Origin: Syncephalis fuscata S228
Taxonomy: Eukaryota; Fungi; Zoopagomycota
Direction: 5' to 3'
Assembly: GCA_025786725.1 (NCBI GenBank)
Contig: JAHLTZ010000060.1
Span: 1-64,000, forward strand
DNA length: 64,000 nt
Part shown: positions 52,501 to 64,000 of the stretch, piece by piece
Position numbering within the stretch: position 1 is the stretch's first letter
Layout of the letters: every line of letters begins with the position of its first letter
The notes under the pieces: model-generated
Told to the model about the DNA's origin: nothing
Database searches by the model: none
Seen by the model: only the letters and a program-made list of their open reading frames with translations
Translations under genes and position numbers: made by a program

Positions 52501-55185
52501 TTACTCGGTTGCTTTACCGGCATCTTCCTTTAGGCCTACAGTGCGGTTAATAACAACACCGTCGAGTTCAGGTAGTCCTTGTTCGTCGACACGCAGTTTT
52601 GTATGTTTATCAAGACAGAAGAATCCAATACGTACAAATTGGAAGCGACAAGTTTCAAAGCAAAGCGACTGGTCCTTCTTATCTGCATTAAGCTTTTGCT
52701 GTTCGCTATACCAATCGTGTACTAAGTTGCGGAAGCCAGTTTCAAGTAATGCGCCCTCAACATTCTCCAAACTATTTGTATTAATATCGGACATCCAACC
52801 TTCTGGTACAAGTGTTTTGTCCATCGGATTGCTATGCTTAAATAGATTGCCATACATATGAATTGTATGTGCTTTAACAGGTGAGCGATGCGCATCTGAT
52901 TTGGCCACCCATTGAATGAATGCCTTTGGCTTCTTTGTCGTCTCAGGTTCAAGAATGCATTCATTTCAATAATGGCACCGGTCGTTGGATCTTTACGTAT
53001 ACCAGTGCATGTAATGATGGCATTGGCATGCAATAGACCGACGCTCTTACCAGGTGCCAGACGGTAATAGCCAGGTGTGTCTTGCTCCTTAAAGTCATCG
53101 GCATCAATCCATAAATGCTTGGTGAAGGGACTATATGTTCGCCAGCTTCTGGTTTGCGTGGAATATTCGGTACGGTAACTTCTCTGCAGTAGTCATCAGC
53201 CAGGTTAGTGATTACAATACGCAGCGGCTTTAACACGGCCATAATGCGACGGGCCCGTTCGTTCAACAATGAACGGATGTGAAAGTCGAGCTTACTAACT
53301 TCAATGGTTGTATTGGCTGTAGTAACACCAACTTCACGTACAAATGCATTGACTGCCTCGGGTGGTACACCGCGACGACGAATAGCAGGTAGCGTGTAGA
53401 GACGTGGATCATCCCATCCATCCACAATACCCGTCTCAACTAGCTTGCGCAATTTACGCTTTGACAACACGGTATTTGTAACGTCAAGACGGCCAGACTC
53501 CCACTGGACTGGTTTATACACTTCAAGTGCATCGCACAGCCAGTAGTAGGATTCACGCGACTGACGGAACTCAAGTGTGCACAACGAGTGTGTAATGTTC
53601 TCGAATGAGTCAACAAGACAGTGCGTATAGTCATAGGTTGGATATATGCGCCATGTACTGCCGGTACGATGATGTGGCGTGTCAAGAATACGATAGGCAA
53701 TAAGGTCCCAAAACTGTGGATTACCATCCTCAAGATTCATCTTCATACGAAGTATAGCCTCACCACTGGCGTAGTAGCCGTCGTGCATCTTTGTAAACTC
53801 GGTTAGCGACTCTTCAATTGGTCGGTTACGATGGATACATTCAGTTCGTGGTCCTTTAGCATCACCGCCACGGTGTTCGTGGATCTGCTCGGCTGTGCAG
53901 TGGCATATATAGGCTTTGCCACGCTTAATAAGATCGATGGCTAGATTGTAGAGCCGGTCAAAGTAATCCGACGAATAGGTGATTTTATACGGCGCAAAAC
54001 CAAGCCATTCGACTGCTTCACGAATCTTAATAAAATATTCTTCTTCCTCAGCTTCAGGATTTGTATCATCGTAACGTAAATAGCAAATGCCGTCGTAAGC
54101 TTTGGCATAACCAAAATTGATATTGATCGCTTTAGCGTGACCAATATGCAAATAACCATTAGGCTCAGGTGGGAATCGAGTAACAACTCGACTGCCAGTG
54201 GCCTTCAAGTGCTCTTCCATAATGGAAGGATGTAGCTGCTTGTTACCGCCTGGCTTGTGTAGACGTGAAAGTTCGCCCTCATAAAAGAGTGCATTAGAAG
54301 TGGCGGCCGTTAATGTATCGACTGGTCCTGGCTCTGAAGAAGCATCGACAACCTTAGTAATAGTTGTAGGTGCTACTGCGGCAGTCTTTGGCTTCTTTTC
54401 CTAATAAATGATTAATAAATGGTTAATAAATGATTAGTAAATATGCTGATTATAGTTTATAATGGTGTAAAAATACGTACTTTTTTCTTTGGTGCATCCC
54501 GTTCATCCTTTGGCCCAAGTAATACCTCAAATTGTGCTTCAAGCTCTGTTTTAACTAAAGCAGCACTGGCCCAACGTAGTGCTTCAAACTTCTTTACTTT
54601 GCTTAGTGTTGGACCAAGACTACGATAGCGGTCCTCTTGGATGCTGGTCGTATTCTCGGCAATATACGCAGCAATGATTGACTTGACTTCATCTTCACTT
54701 ACAACAACACCTATTAAGATACACATATAAACATACGACTCTATTAGCCAAATAGCATTATTGTCGCTACAAATACTTACCAACACCTGCGGCAAGTTCA
54801 TAATCGGCACGAACAATTTCTTTATGATCGTCAGCGTATTTAATGGCAGCTAGATAAATAATAATTAATCAACCAATTAATACAGCAATAAAAACTATTA
54901 CTTTTACTTACCTGCTACTTGGTCGGTAGTTAGCAATTGCTTTGCAGCAATTTCTTTTGCCAAAAAGTCGAGATGTGCTGTTGCATCGCCTGAAGCTGTC
55001 GAAGCTAGCGTGTAAAGCAATGTACCAACAGCACGATCACACTCGATGGTTGAGTCGGCGGTGAAGCCGGCCACATGGATAACGTGCTCAAGCTGCGGGG
55101 CAAGCTTCTTGTTTTTGGCCGTTTCTTTGGCCTTCTGCTCCGTCAGACCAATCTTTTGGAACAGAGCAATAGTGTCGTCCGTCAT
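52501..55185 (-). CDS. GLN4: Glutaminyl-tRNA synthetase (two frameshifts near the 3' end)
   Basis: Eukaryotic N-terminal domain (IGLTEQKAKETAKN), TRFPPEPNGYLHIGH, LSKRKL, WDDPRLYTL and FQFVRIGFF. Confidence 0.96.
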
Positions 55186-56629
55186 AAGAGAAATCGCACC
55201 GTTGACAGATCACAGATAAATAGGCGAACAGTGGCAAATTAGCCAACAGTAAAAGATAACAATGAGCAGTATAGAGGAATAAAAAGAAAAAGCAAGAATT
55301 TAAAGTGCTCAAATGTGCTGTTGTTAAAATACTCATCTATACAGATCTCTATTTATCCATCACATTGTGTCAATGACTCAATTCCGACTCTTTCCTATCA
55401 GCTAATAGTAATAGTGGAGGCTAGGCAATATTCTGCCACACATGGATGTTTATTTATGAAACAAGTAGTTGTGACAAGTATTATAGCATCATCATAACAT
55501 TATATTTTATAATTTTATCATTCATTAGTTGTGTTGAGTCATACTTTTAATATCATCTCCTAGACATCATTGTGTTTGCACCATAGAATATAGTGCTTAG
55601 ATAACCTATATTACATTATAATTGTAAATAAGATAAACTAATAAAATTCTGAGCATATTGTTCATATTAGATCGCATCTCTGGCAATGGCTATATTAAAA
55701 CATAATTAACATATTTTATACAATACAGGTACTTTAAATAGATAATAACAATTTTGCGTAAATGGCTTTTGATTTTACAATTACATTTACAGCCAATAAT
55801 ATAGAAATTATTTAAATTAATTGATTATGTATCATTTACTATTAACAGTATAAATTATAAATTGTTATTGTATTACCAAGCTATTAATTAATAATTAATA
55901 ATTTAGTTAGCCTTATTACTAATTCTGCTTATGTACATTATTGTAAATGTTAATACACTTATTAATTCATATATTATATTGACAAAACATATGAGCTACA
56001 GTTATATTATAGCTATGCATTATATCTATAGCATAATGAAACAGAGACTAGTTTATAAATGGACCGTTCGGCTAAGCGATAAATAGTCATAGTATTTATT
56101 TTGTTTTAGTCATCTATTTATTAATATGCATATTAATGCAACTGTTTTTATATTCCACGTGTATTCAATATACCAACTATAATCTTATACTCATTACTTA
56201 GCATAGTATTGAACATGGAATATTACCACTTAATAAACCAAAGTAATATTAACAAGCAGTGTTGCTATTCTTAGTACTACGACTGTACCACTTGGTATAT
56301 ACCACTTGTACGACAACTACCAAAGTTACCAGAAACTACTTATAGATAGATAAATACATTATAAATACTATAGAAACTGGTCGTGTATAAACAATAAAAA
56401 ACGCGAGGGTGAACAACTGCCGAAAAAAAAGACTGACCATCACACCGACACGACTTTTATTGCGCCACCACGATAACAACCACGACGATAAGTAAGCCGT
56501 CTTTTCTTCTTTTTCTTCTTTACCTGCTCGAGCAAACGACCAACCTGGCCTACTTGGTTATTGTGCTTTTGTTATTGCTGCTGCTGCTGTTATTGTTTCT
56601 ACCACTACCACCACGACGACTACCTCATC

Positions 56630-57991
56630 ATGTCGGACAATTATCAAAAGCTTGAAAAGATTGGTGAAGGCACTTATGGTGTCGTGTACAAAGCGAGAGA
56701 ACTTGCAACGGGCCGAGTGGTAGCTTTAAAGAAGATTCGGCTTGATTCCGAGGACGAAGGTGTGCCGTCGACTGCCATGCGTGAAATCTCGGTGCTTAAA
56801 GAATTAAAACACTCCAATATCGTGCAGTAAGTCATTCTGGATACGCGTTTTCGGCGCGACAATTACGCGCTTCCCTATTAACTTTCCATTAACTACTTAC
56901 AACACCTTACCTGTTTATTTAATCGCTAATTGTTCCTTACGTCTACGAACCACCAATGATATCAATACTATGGATAGGCTGCTCGATATCGTGCATAGTG
57001 ATTCTAAATTGTATTTAGTGTTTGAATTTTTAGATTTGGATTTTAAGAAATATATGGATTCGAGTGCACCCAATGGACTAACTACTGAACACATTCAGGT
57101 AGAAATAACTATATAGAGTAGACTCTACTTCAATGACCTATTGACCAACCATGCTCCTTTATTAGAGCTATCTCTATCAATTGGTTGATGGTATTCACTT
57201 TTGCCATGCACGCCGTATTATGCATCGCGATTTAAAGCCGCAAAACTTGCTTATCGATCGTAATGGCTTGCTTAAACTTGCTGACTTTGGTTTAGCCCGT
57301 GCCTTTGGCGTTCCACTGCGCGCCTACACTCACGAGGTATGGCACGAGCAATGCCGTGCTTTCAACTACATATTAATATACCAGCCTGTAGGTTGTAACA
57401 CTTTGGTATCGTGCTCCAGAGATTCTACTTGGATCAAGACATTATGCTCCACCAATGGATATGTGGAGTGTAGGCTGCATTTTTGCCGAAATGGTACAAC
57501 GCCATCCACTGTTTCCTGGTAATTATTTTTATTGACTAATTAAACAATAATTTCGATATTTACTAATAAGATTTAATGATCAACTATAATGGTTATACTA
57601 ATGATTATAGGTGATTCTGAAATTGATGAATTGTTCCGTATTTTCAGGTAAATGATTATTGATTTTATTAACTTTACTAATTACCAATTAACACGACGAA
57701 CAGAGTATTGGGCACACCAACTGAAGATGTATGGCCTGGTGTCAGCAGTCTTCCTGACTTCAAGTCTATCTTTCCTAAATGGACGGCACAGCCATTATCT
57801 GACTCGGTGCCTACACTGAATGCTGATGGTTTGGACCTGTTAGAAGTAAGTAGAGTAGTTGCGACTTTTTGTCTATATCTAATGACTATGATCAGAGTAT
57901 GCTCACCTACAATCCGGCCAAGCGTATCTCGGCCAAGCGAGCATTGCAACATCCATTCTTCAGCGATATGACCAAGTCTGTGACACATTAA
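56630..57991 (+). CDS. cdc2: Cyclin-dependent kinase 1
   Basis: [56 protein letters not shown] and GDSEIDELF, across GT-AG introns. Confidence 0.93.
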
Positions 57992-58189
57992 GATTTAGAA
58001 GTCAAGGAATACCCACTGCACTGCTTTCTATATTCATATCCATAACCATTTATCAGTCTAGCAGCTAACGTAATGAATCGTCTTTATTATTGTTATAAAT
58101 GCTAGTTCAAGTAGTATAACTTTGATTGCTATCAATTCCTCAATAAACTGCATGTTTATTAACAACGAGTGTTATTGTGTTAAATGAGA

Positions 58190-59053
58190 TTATTTAGCCT
58201 TTTTCGCCTTTTGGTCTCGTTCCGCATAGATCTTGGCCGTAAAAGGTCTAATTACAGATTAGTAACATTAACAGATATCATGAATGATTTATACACTTAC
58301 TCTTCAAATCGCAATACGACATTATAGCCAATAAACACTTGAATGGTCAAAAGAACACCGGTCAACGAGCCATACCAAAGAGCAGTACCTAAGAATACCA
58401 ATGTAGAGCCATGATACATTGGATTGTCGGTAACATTGAATGGGAATCCCGTAACACGTTCATTCATTAGAATGCCGAAATAATCACCTATGCTATATTA
58501 TTAATAACTGTATATATATATATATATACAGCAAATTGCACTAGTTTTACTGTCTACATACCAAGATAGGTACCAGTAACACCTAATGAGTACATGGATG
58601 ACAAGACAAGTACATTACCGGCCAGTACAAGTACAGCGGCCAATACTTTAAATTCGCCATAGGCTAGCGGTGGATAGATGGGCTGATGTTCAAGGGCATT
58701 TTTGTATCTAATAAGTATATGTTGTTAATAGATACACAAACAAATAAACAATAAATGAAAAGTATTACGCGACTTACATGAAATCACGAATAATACCGAG
58801 TGAAAAGATAGAAACAGCAAGCAAATAGCAACCATAGAGTCGATTGCCACCAACTAGCTTTGTAATGGTCTTATGGCGATATTCTAATAACAGTCATATA
58901 TTGCAAATAAGTCATTATAAATACTATTAACATGCGATACATACCCGAACGGGCAGCTATTGTCCAAAAAATTGGATTGAACGCAATAGCAGCCGACGCC
59001 CAATAAAGAGACGTCTGGCTTAGGTCCACCCACTGATGTATAGTAGAAGCCAT
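58190..59053 (-). CDS. OPI3: Phospholipid (N-methylethanolamine) methyltransferase
   Basis: IAFNPIFW, LGVTGTYLGDYFGILM, VTGFPFNV.DNPMYHGST and FE.PFTAKIY motifs across introns. Confidence 0.92.
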
Positions 59054-59411
59054 GAGTCAGCAACAATAGCAATATACGAAAGGAACCTGAATAAAGGAAA
59101 AAAGAGACGAAGAAAGCGGAGGAAGCGTCGTTGTTACTGTTACGATCGTTGTTGTCGCAGTCGTCGTCAGCGTTGGTATGCCACTTATTAAGTATTATTT
59201 CATTGGTACAGACACCAATGTTTCTACACGTTGGATGACGTGCTACACTGTTTATTTGTCACCCACATCTATCACATGTCAATTAATACTTATTAGATTC
59301 TGTGAGTATTCATTTTTTACCCCAACAGCGGTTACGCACTCTACGCAATTACCTTTTCGTCGTCACTTTCATAAACTACACGTCTCGGCGACACGTGTAA
59401 ACAGCAGTGGT

Positions 59412-60976
59412 ATGACCGCCGAAGACAAAGCCGATAGATACCGGGTGCTTGACGAGCCAATTCGCTTGACGGCGCTGGCTGATCGGGTTCGAACAGCAGT
59501 GGAGGAATTTGATCAGCTGATTGGTGTCAACACACCCGATGAACAGAGCCAGCTACGTAAATGGATAAAGCGATGCAAGTAAGTAAAGGTGGCGCGTGTA
59601 TAATAGCTATAGAAGTGACATCTGTGCCATTGTTATAGAGTAAAAACAGCTGCCAATACTACAAAACAGCAATTCACCAATGCCGGCCTATTAGTATTAA
59701 TGCGGCAACACTATGAAACGGTACAAGGCTCGGATATATCTTATATGCCATCTGGTTCATCTTATTTAGACACAGCAACGGGTGAGCAGCTACCAATAGG
59801 CTAATAGACGCTGGTTACTAATACAATTTGTAGCACCAGTATCCAATTCACTTACTAGCCATTTCAATACTATTTTGGGCGAGATGTATCAATCACCACT
59901 TGATGTGTACAAGTAGGCTACAGTATTATATTTAATAGAAAAAATCAGATTCTAATTATCGCTTGAATAGACGGCATTGTCGTGTTCCAGTGCCAGTGCA
60001 TCGACGTCCTGATATTAATTATTTGAGTGAACGACCGGTAACTACATGATGGTATTTAATAACGAATGTCTAATGCAGTGTGATAGCAATTGAAGCAAAT
60101 ACCGATTTCTAAAATGGCCAATTCGAATGCATTTGTCACTATTATTACGGTTACGTTATTTAATCCAGAAAAGCAACATGCACGTAGTGAAGAAGTGGAA
60201 ATACTTTCGTCACAAACTGTCGCTGATTTACTTTCACATATTGGATGCCATACACCAGCCAGAACAGCCGAGTCAGAGCAGATACTGACAGGTGTGTGTT
60301 GTATCGGTGATAATGTTTATGTCGATGTTACCGATAAGCCATCGGTAGAATATGGCCAGTAGGTAGAATATGGCAATATTCATATATCAACTAATTGGTT
60401 ATATTAGACGTCTTTCCCGTTCGCTCAAAGAAGATCCCTATACATTTATAGTGCCTACAACAGCTGTGTTAGCTACTAAATTTGAGGATATTGATATTGT
60501 GCTGGGTCAACAGAATCTACTTAGTCATGGCGGACATTGTAGACATGCATTTATGTTTAAGAATGTTAGGTAACGTGTATTGAGTTGTTAAATGATTACA
60601 GCATATATATGCTAATTCTAATGGACATTGGTAGATGTGTACAATTAGCACAGGCTAAAGATAAAAGTTTATTTCCTCGAACAATCTTTCGTGGTAGAAT
60701 TAATCGTGTCAAATGCCATATGTGCACCATTTATCCGGCCGAGTAAGTAACCGATCAAATAACGTGTAATAGGCATACTTACATGATCGATTATACAGAC
60801 GAGTTATTCTTGATGATGTTCATTGTGGTGATACTCCAGTTATGCTGTGCATCTGTTGCTATTCTATGTTTCTTGAAGATGCTGATGGCAAATTACTGCG
60901 TGAAGTCAAAGAGGTTCCATACAACACAAAGCAAATGGAGTTTGACGAGGCATGCGATGAAGCTGGTGGTATGTAG
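59412..60976 (+). CDS. SNAPC3: snRNA-activating protein complex subunit 3 (SNAP50)-like
   Basis: EILSSQTVADL, LSHGGHCRH.FMF..VR, FPR and C-terminal zinc motif CHMCTIYPA...TPVMLCICCY, consistent with zf-SNAP50_C. Confidence 0.78.
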
Positions 60977-61461
60977 ATGTAGGGCTGTAGTCATTTGTAC
61001 CATAAACATTTATATTATAAAGATACTTGCAGATACATTATTACATTAATACAAGTATGCTATGTGTCATTTAACATTAATATGCAATTTAATTTAATTT
61101 ATTAATTATTAATTACGATTAGTTGTGTTGAAGCTATGGTACATATATTACAATGAGTAAATGAATAAAGGTTGTTGAATTTTATAATAAATATAATATG
61201 TTTATCGTATGGCAGAATGATACATAATAAAATAAACATGTACTGTGAAGGTAATAGATGAATAAAATATATATGCGTACTGGATAATAAAATTATGATA
61301 TTAGATAGCATGATCATTAAATTGGATATGATAAATACGGACAAATAAAAAGTAGTCCACTATATTAATAGGTAATGAATACATAACAGTCAACGATAGA
61401 CCAATTTATTGTGTTGCTATTGCATATACATTAATATACTTAAGCTATCAAATATAATAGA

Positions 61462-62568
61462 TTAAGCGGCAAGTTGCCATTGTAAATCTTTGAGTAGAAC
61501 AATCGATTCAAATGTTAGTCGTGTCATTGCTAGAGCATCTTGAACTGGGTTGGGACTTTTCTCGCTTGTAGCATGCTCTTGTGACAGTACTACATCGACT
61601 CGCTTTTCATTTCTAAGCTTTACTAAATGTAAAAGTAAGCCACGTCCTGCAGCCAATGCTACTGTTTCCGGTACATTTGGATAAATAGATTCAACGAGTT
61701 GCGTAACTGTCCAGCGAGGCTTTTGATCCTGCGTTGCTGTGTTTGGCGCCCAACCTTGCATCAGTTTTAAAATTTCTTCATCCCGTGCCATGCGGTGGTC
61801 GATATACGTATCAAGTAGTGTTTGCACGTTATCTTCGCCATCAACAATTGGACCATGGCCTGGATAAAGTCGTTTAGCGTGTAGGCCTTTAAGTCGTTCA
61901 AGCGATTCAAGATATACTGGTAAATCTTCAAATATGGTTGTTTTTTCACCTAGTACACAATCGCCAGTAAATATAGCCTCCTCTTCTTCTAGATAGAAAG
62001 CTAAATGATCGCGAGTATGGCCAGGTGTATGTAAGGCAATCAAGGTACAGTCATCTACGTGAAAGACATCGCCATTTGCTACTGGCTTTAAAGTATGGTC
62101 CTTTGTTCCTTGGACAGCTGGTATGTCGGGTCGACTAGATTTGGCAGGTTTGCCGTCGTATTCTTCATCTGCAAATTTATAGGCTGTTGAATTCAAGTTT
62201 TAAATTGCTTGCAAACATCGGCCAATCCGCCTACATGATCACGATGCCAATGAGTTAGCAGCACTTGATCTATTACTGGCTCGGATGCGTTTGCACTGCC
62301 ATTATTGTCGTTGTTTTGCTTCAGAGCTTGCACCAGCTGCGGCACGTATCCTTTAATACCTTCACCAGTATCAATCAATATACGTTTCGGGCCACTGCCG
62401 ACAAATATGTGTTTGTGCCTGATGTCCACAATGATTAGAACTTATCTAGGCTTTGGTTCTACTATAGTACAGACCTTGTAGCGTAAATGGTCCAGGATTA
62501 AGACCAAGAACGCGAATAACACGTCGTGAATGCACTTCAATATTGGCCAATGGTGTTAGTCCTGACAT
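61462..62568 (-). CDS. LACTB2: Metallo-beta-lactamase-fold protein, LACTB2-like (two 1-nt frameshifts)
   Basis: LGLNPGPFTLQGTNTY, LIDTGEG, THWHRDHVGG, HTPGHTRDH, FTGDCVLG and YPGHG. Confidence 0.9.
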
Positions 62569-62845
62569 TGCGTTATTATATGACAACAATCGATGGATAG
62601 ATAGATAGTAGAGGTAGTAGTAGTGCCAGTAGCTAAACAGTTGTGTCAACTATAGGCAAGTAAAAAAGGTCTGTGAGTCGGCTATCTTACTTGCCGCCAA
62701 TTCAATAAAGCTCTTGTATACTCTTTACTTCTTTTCGTCGCCTTTGTCATACCAACCAACTTCCACACACGGTATATATATACATATATACTCGATTGCT
62801 CACACGCGTGTACGCAACGATATTCTACTTTAGGACAGCTCAACC

Positions 62846-63513
62846 ATGGAATTGCCAACTGAAGCTCGGCACGGTCGCTCACTTCAAGTCTGGAATGAGG
62901 AGGGTGCCAGAGAAGTAAGCGCTGCTAGCATTTTTGCAAACTAATACTGCACAATGCTTACGTTGTCTTCTGCGTCTCTTGCATTGCAATCAGGTGTCGG
63001 TTTGCATACCAGTGAATAAAGAGACTGGCAAAGTGCTGCTTGTTTCTAGTCGGTCATCGCCAGACCAGTGGATTCTAGTAAGTGTGACGCCTCTTTACTG
63101 CAATGACGTCAGGAATAACCGCTGCAACACTAGCCCAAGGGAGGCTGGGAATCGGACGAGACTAAAGAACGATCTGCAGAACGGGAAGCCTGGGAGGAGG
63201 TAAGCTATAATGTCTATCGTCTAAGTAGTTGTTGAAAGCTATACTAACGTGCCAATGATCAACTATAGCCGGTGTGGTAGGCAGGATTGTTAAAGAAATT
63301 GGCACTTGGAGCACATTTCGTAAAAAGAAGCCATTGAAGGCAAAATCATGCTTTACAGTATTCGAGTTACAGGTAGACGAGTGCCATGATGTCTGGCCCG
63401 AACAGTCATTCCGTAAACGACAATGGTTCGACGTAGACGACGTAAAAGATGCAGTCAAGCATGCCTGGATGGTAGAAGCGGTCCAGCAATGCTCAGCTGG
63501 TAAAGCATCTTAA
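62846..63513 (+). CDS. Nudix hydrolase, DIPP/Ddp1/Aps1-like
   Basis: Spliced reading gives MELPTEARHGRSLQVW...VLLVSSR...WILPKGGWESDE...SAEREAWEEAGV...WPE...RKRQWF. Confidence 0.88.
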
Positions 63514-64000
63514 TGTGTATACATTTTTGTTCGCTATGTTTGGCTGTAGTGTATCCAAACAGTTCAATAAACATTACTTATTATTTCATCGTATTAATTG
63601 ACTCACCATAGTTTATATGCAGTCATACTATCTCATTTCCATCATAATCAATTTGAGTCACACTTTAATATTTAATAAAGCAGATTATTAAGCTTATAGA
63701 CATGTGTGCCAATATTTTACTTTTAATTGATTTTAGCTTGTCAGATTTACACATTTGAAACTTCTATAGTAAAATACTGATTCAAGCTATTGTTGAATGC
63801 TAAATTATTAAAATACTAGTAATTATATAATCTTTATTGATTTAGTGTTTATTGTCTGACTAAGCTACATTGTCTGATTTTCCTTCTTTCTTTAATTGCT
63901 TGGTTAATGTTAAAATATAACATTCTGATACTGTACAATATTATATATTTTTATAAACAATTTGAATTTTAAATACTGCATCTAATAGCATTCGCGTAAT

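Noticed and set aside
52920-53135. Programmed frameshifting or pseudogenisation in GlnRS, and similarly in CDK11, LACTB2, the Myb gene, kinase 2 and TM paralogue B
   Set aside because: Most breaks are missing bases in short homopolymers and they hit an essential enzyme. Long-read consensus error is the simplest explanation.

Overview
AT-rich, intron-rich eukaryotic genomic DNA, almost certainly from a fungus. Short GT-AG introns with CTAAY branch sites, a SNAPc subunit and a family of lineage-specific multi-TM proteins suggest an early-diverging lineage such as Zoopagomycota or Mucoromycota (inference). The window holds about 20 protein-coding loci: two diverged CAMK-type kinase paralogues (one with an FHA-like domain), a secreted heme-thiolate peroxidase, a 3xMyb + 4xC2H2 transcription factor, CDK11-like and CDK1 kinases, a stand-alone RNase H1 hybrid-binding-domain protein, multi-TM proteins, a PPR protein, VPS41, GlnRS, OPI3, SNAPC3, LACTB2 and a DIPP-type Nudix hydrolase. 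It also holds one intact Ty3/Gypsy retrotransposon with identical 193-bp LTRs and a predicted -1 frameshift pseudoknot. The standout is at 19443-20417 (- strand). What looks like an ~81-bp tandem repeat reads as an array of near-identical introns separated by nine 3-nt micro-exons. Splicing them joins a signal-peptide/propeptide exon, through a Kex2-type RR site, to a two-cysteine nonapeptide SCKYWWDCV and a stop codon. The ORF track misses this gene entirely. Many genes, including essential GlnRS, carry small frameshifts at homopolymers, which points to assembly errors rather than pseudogenes.
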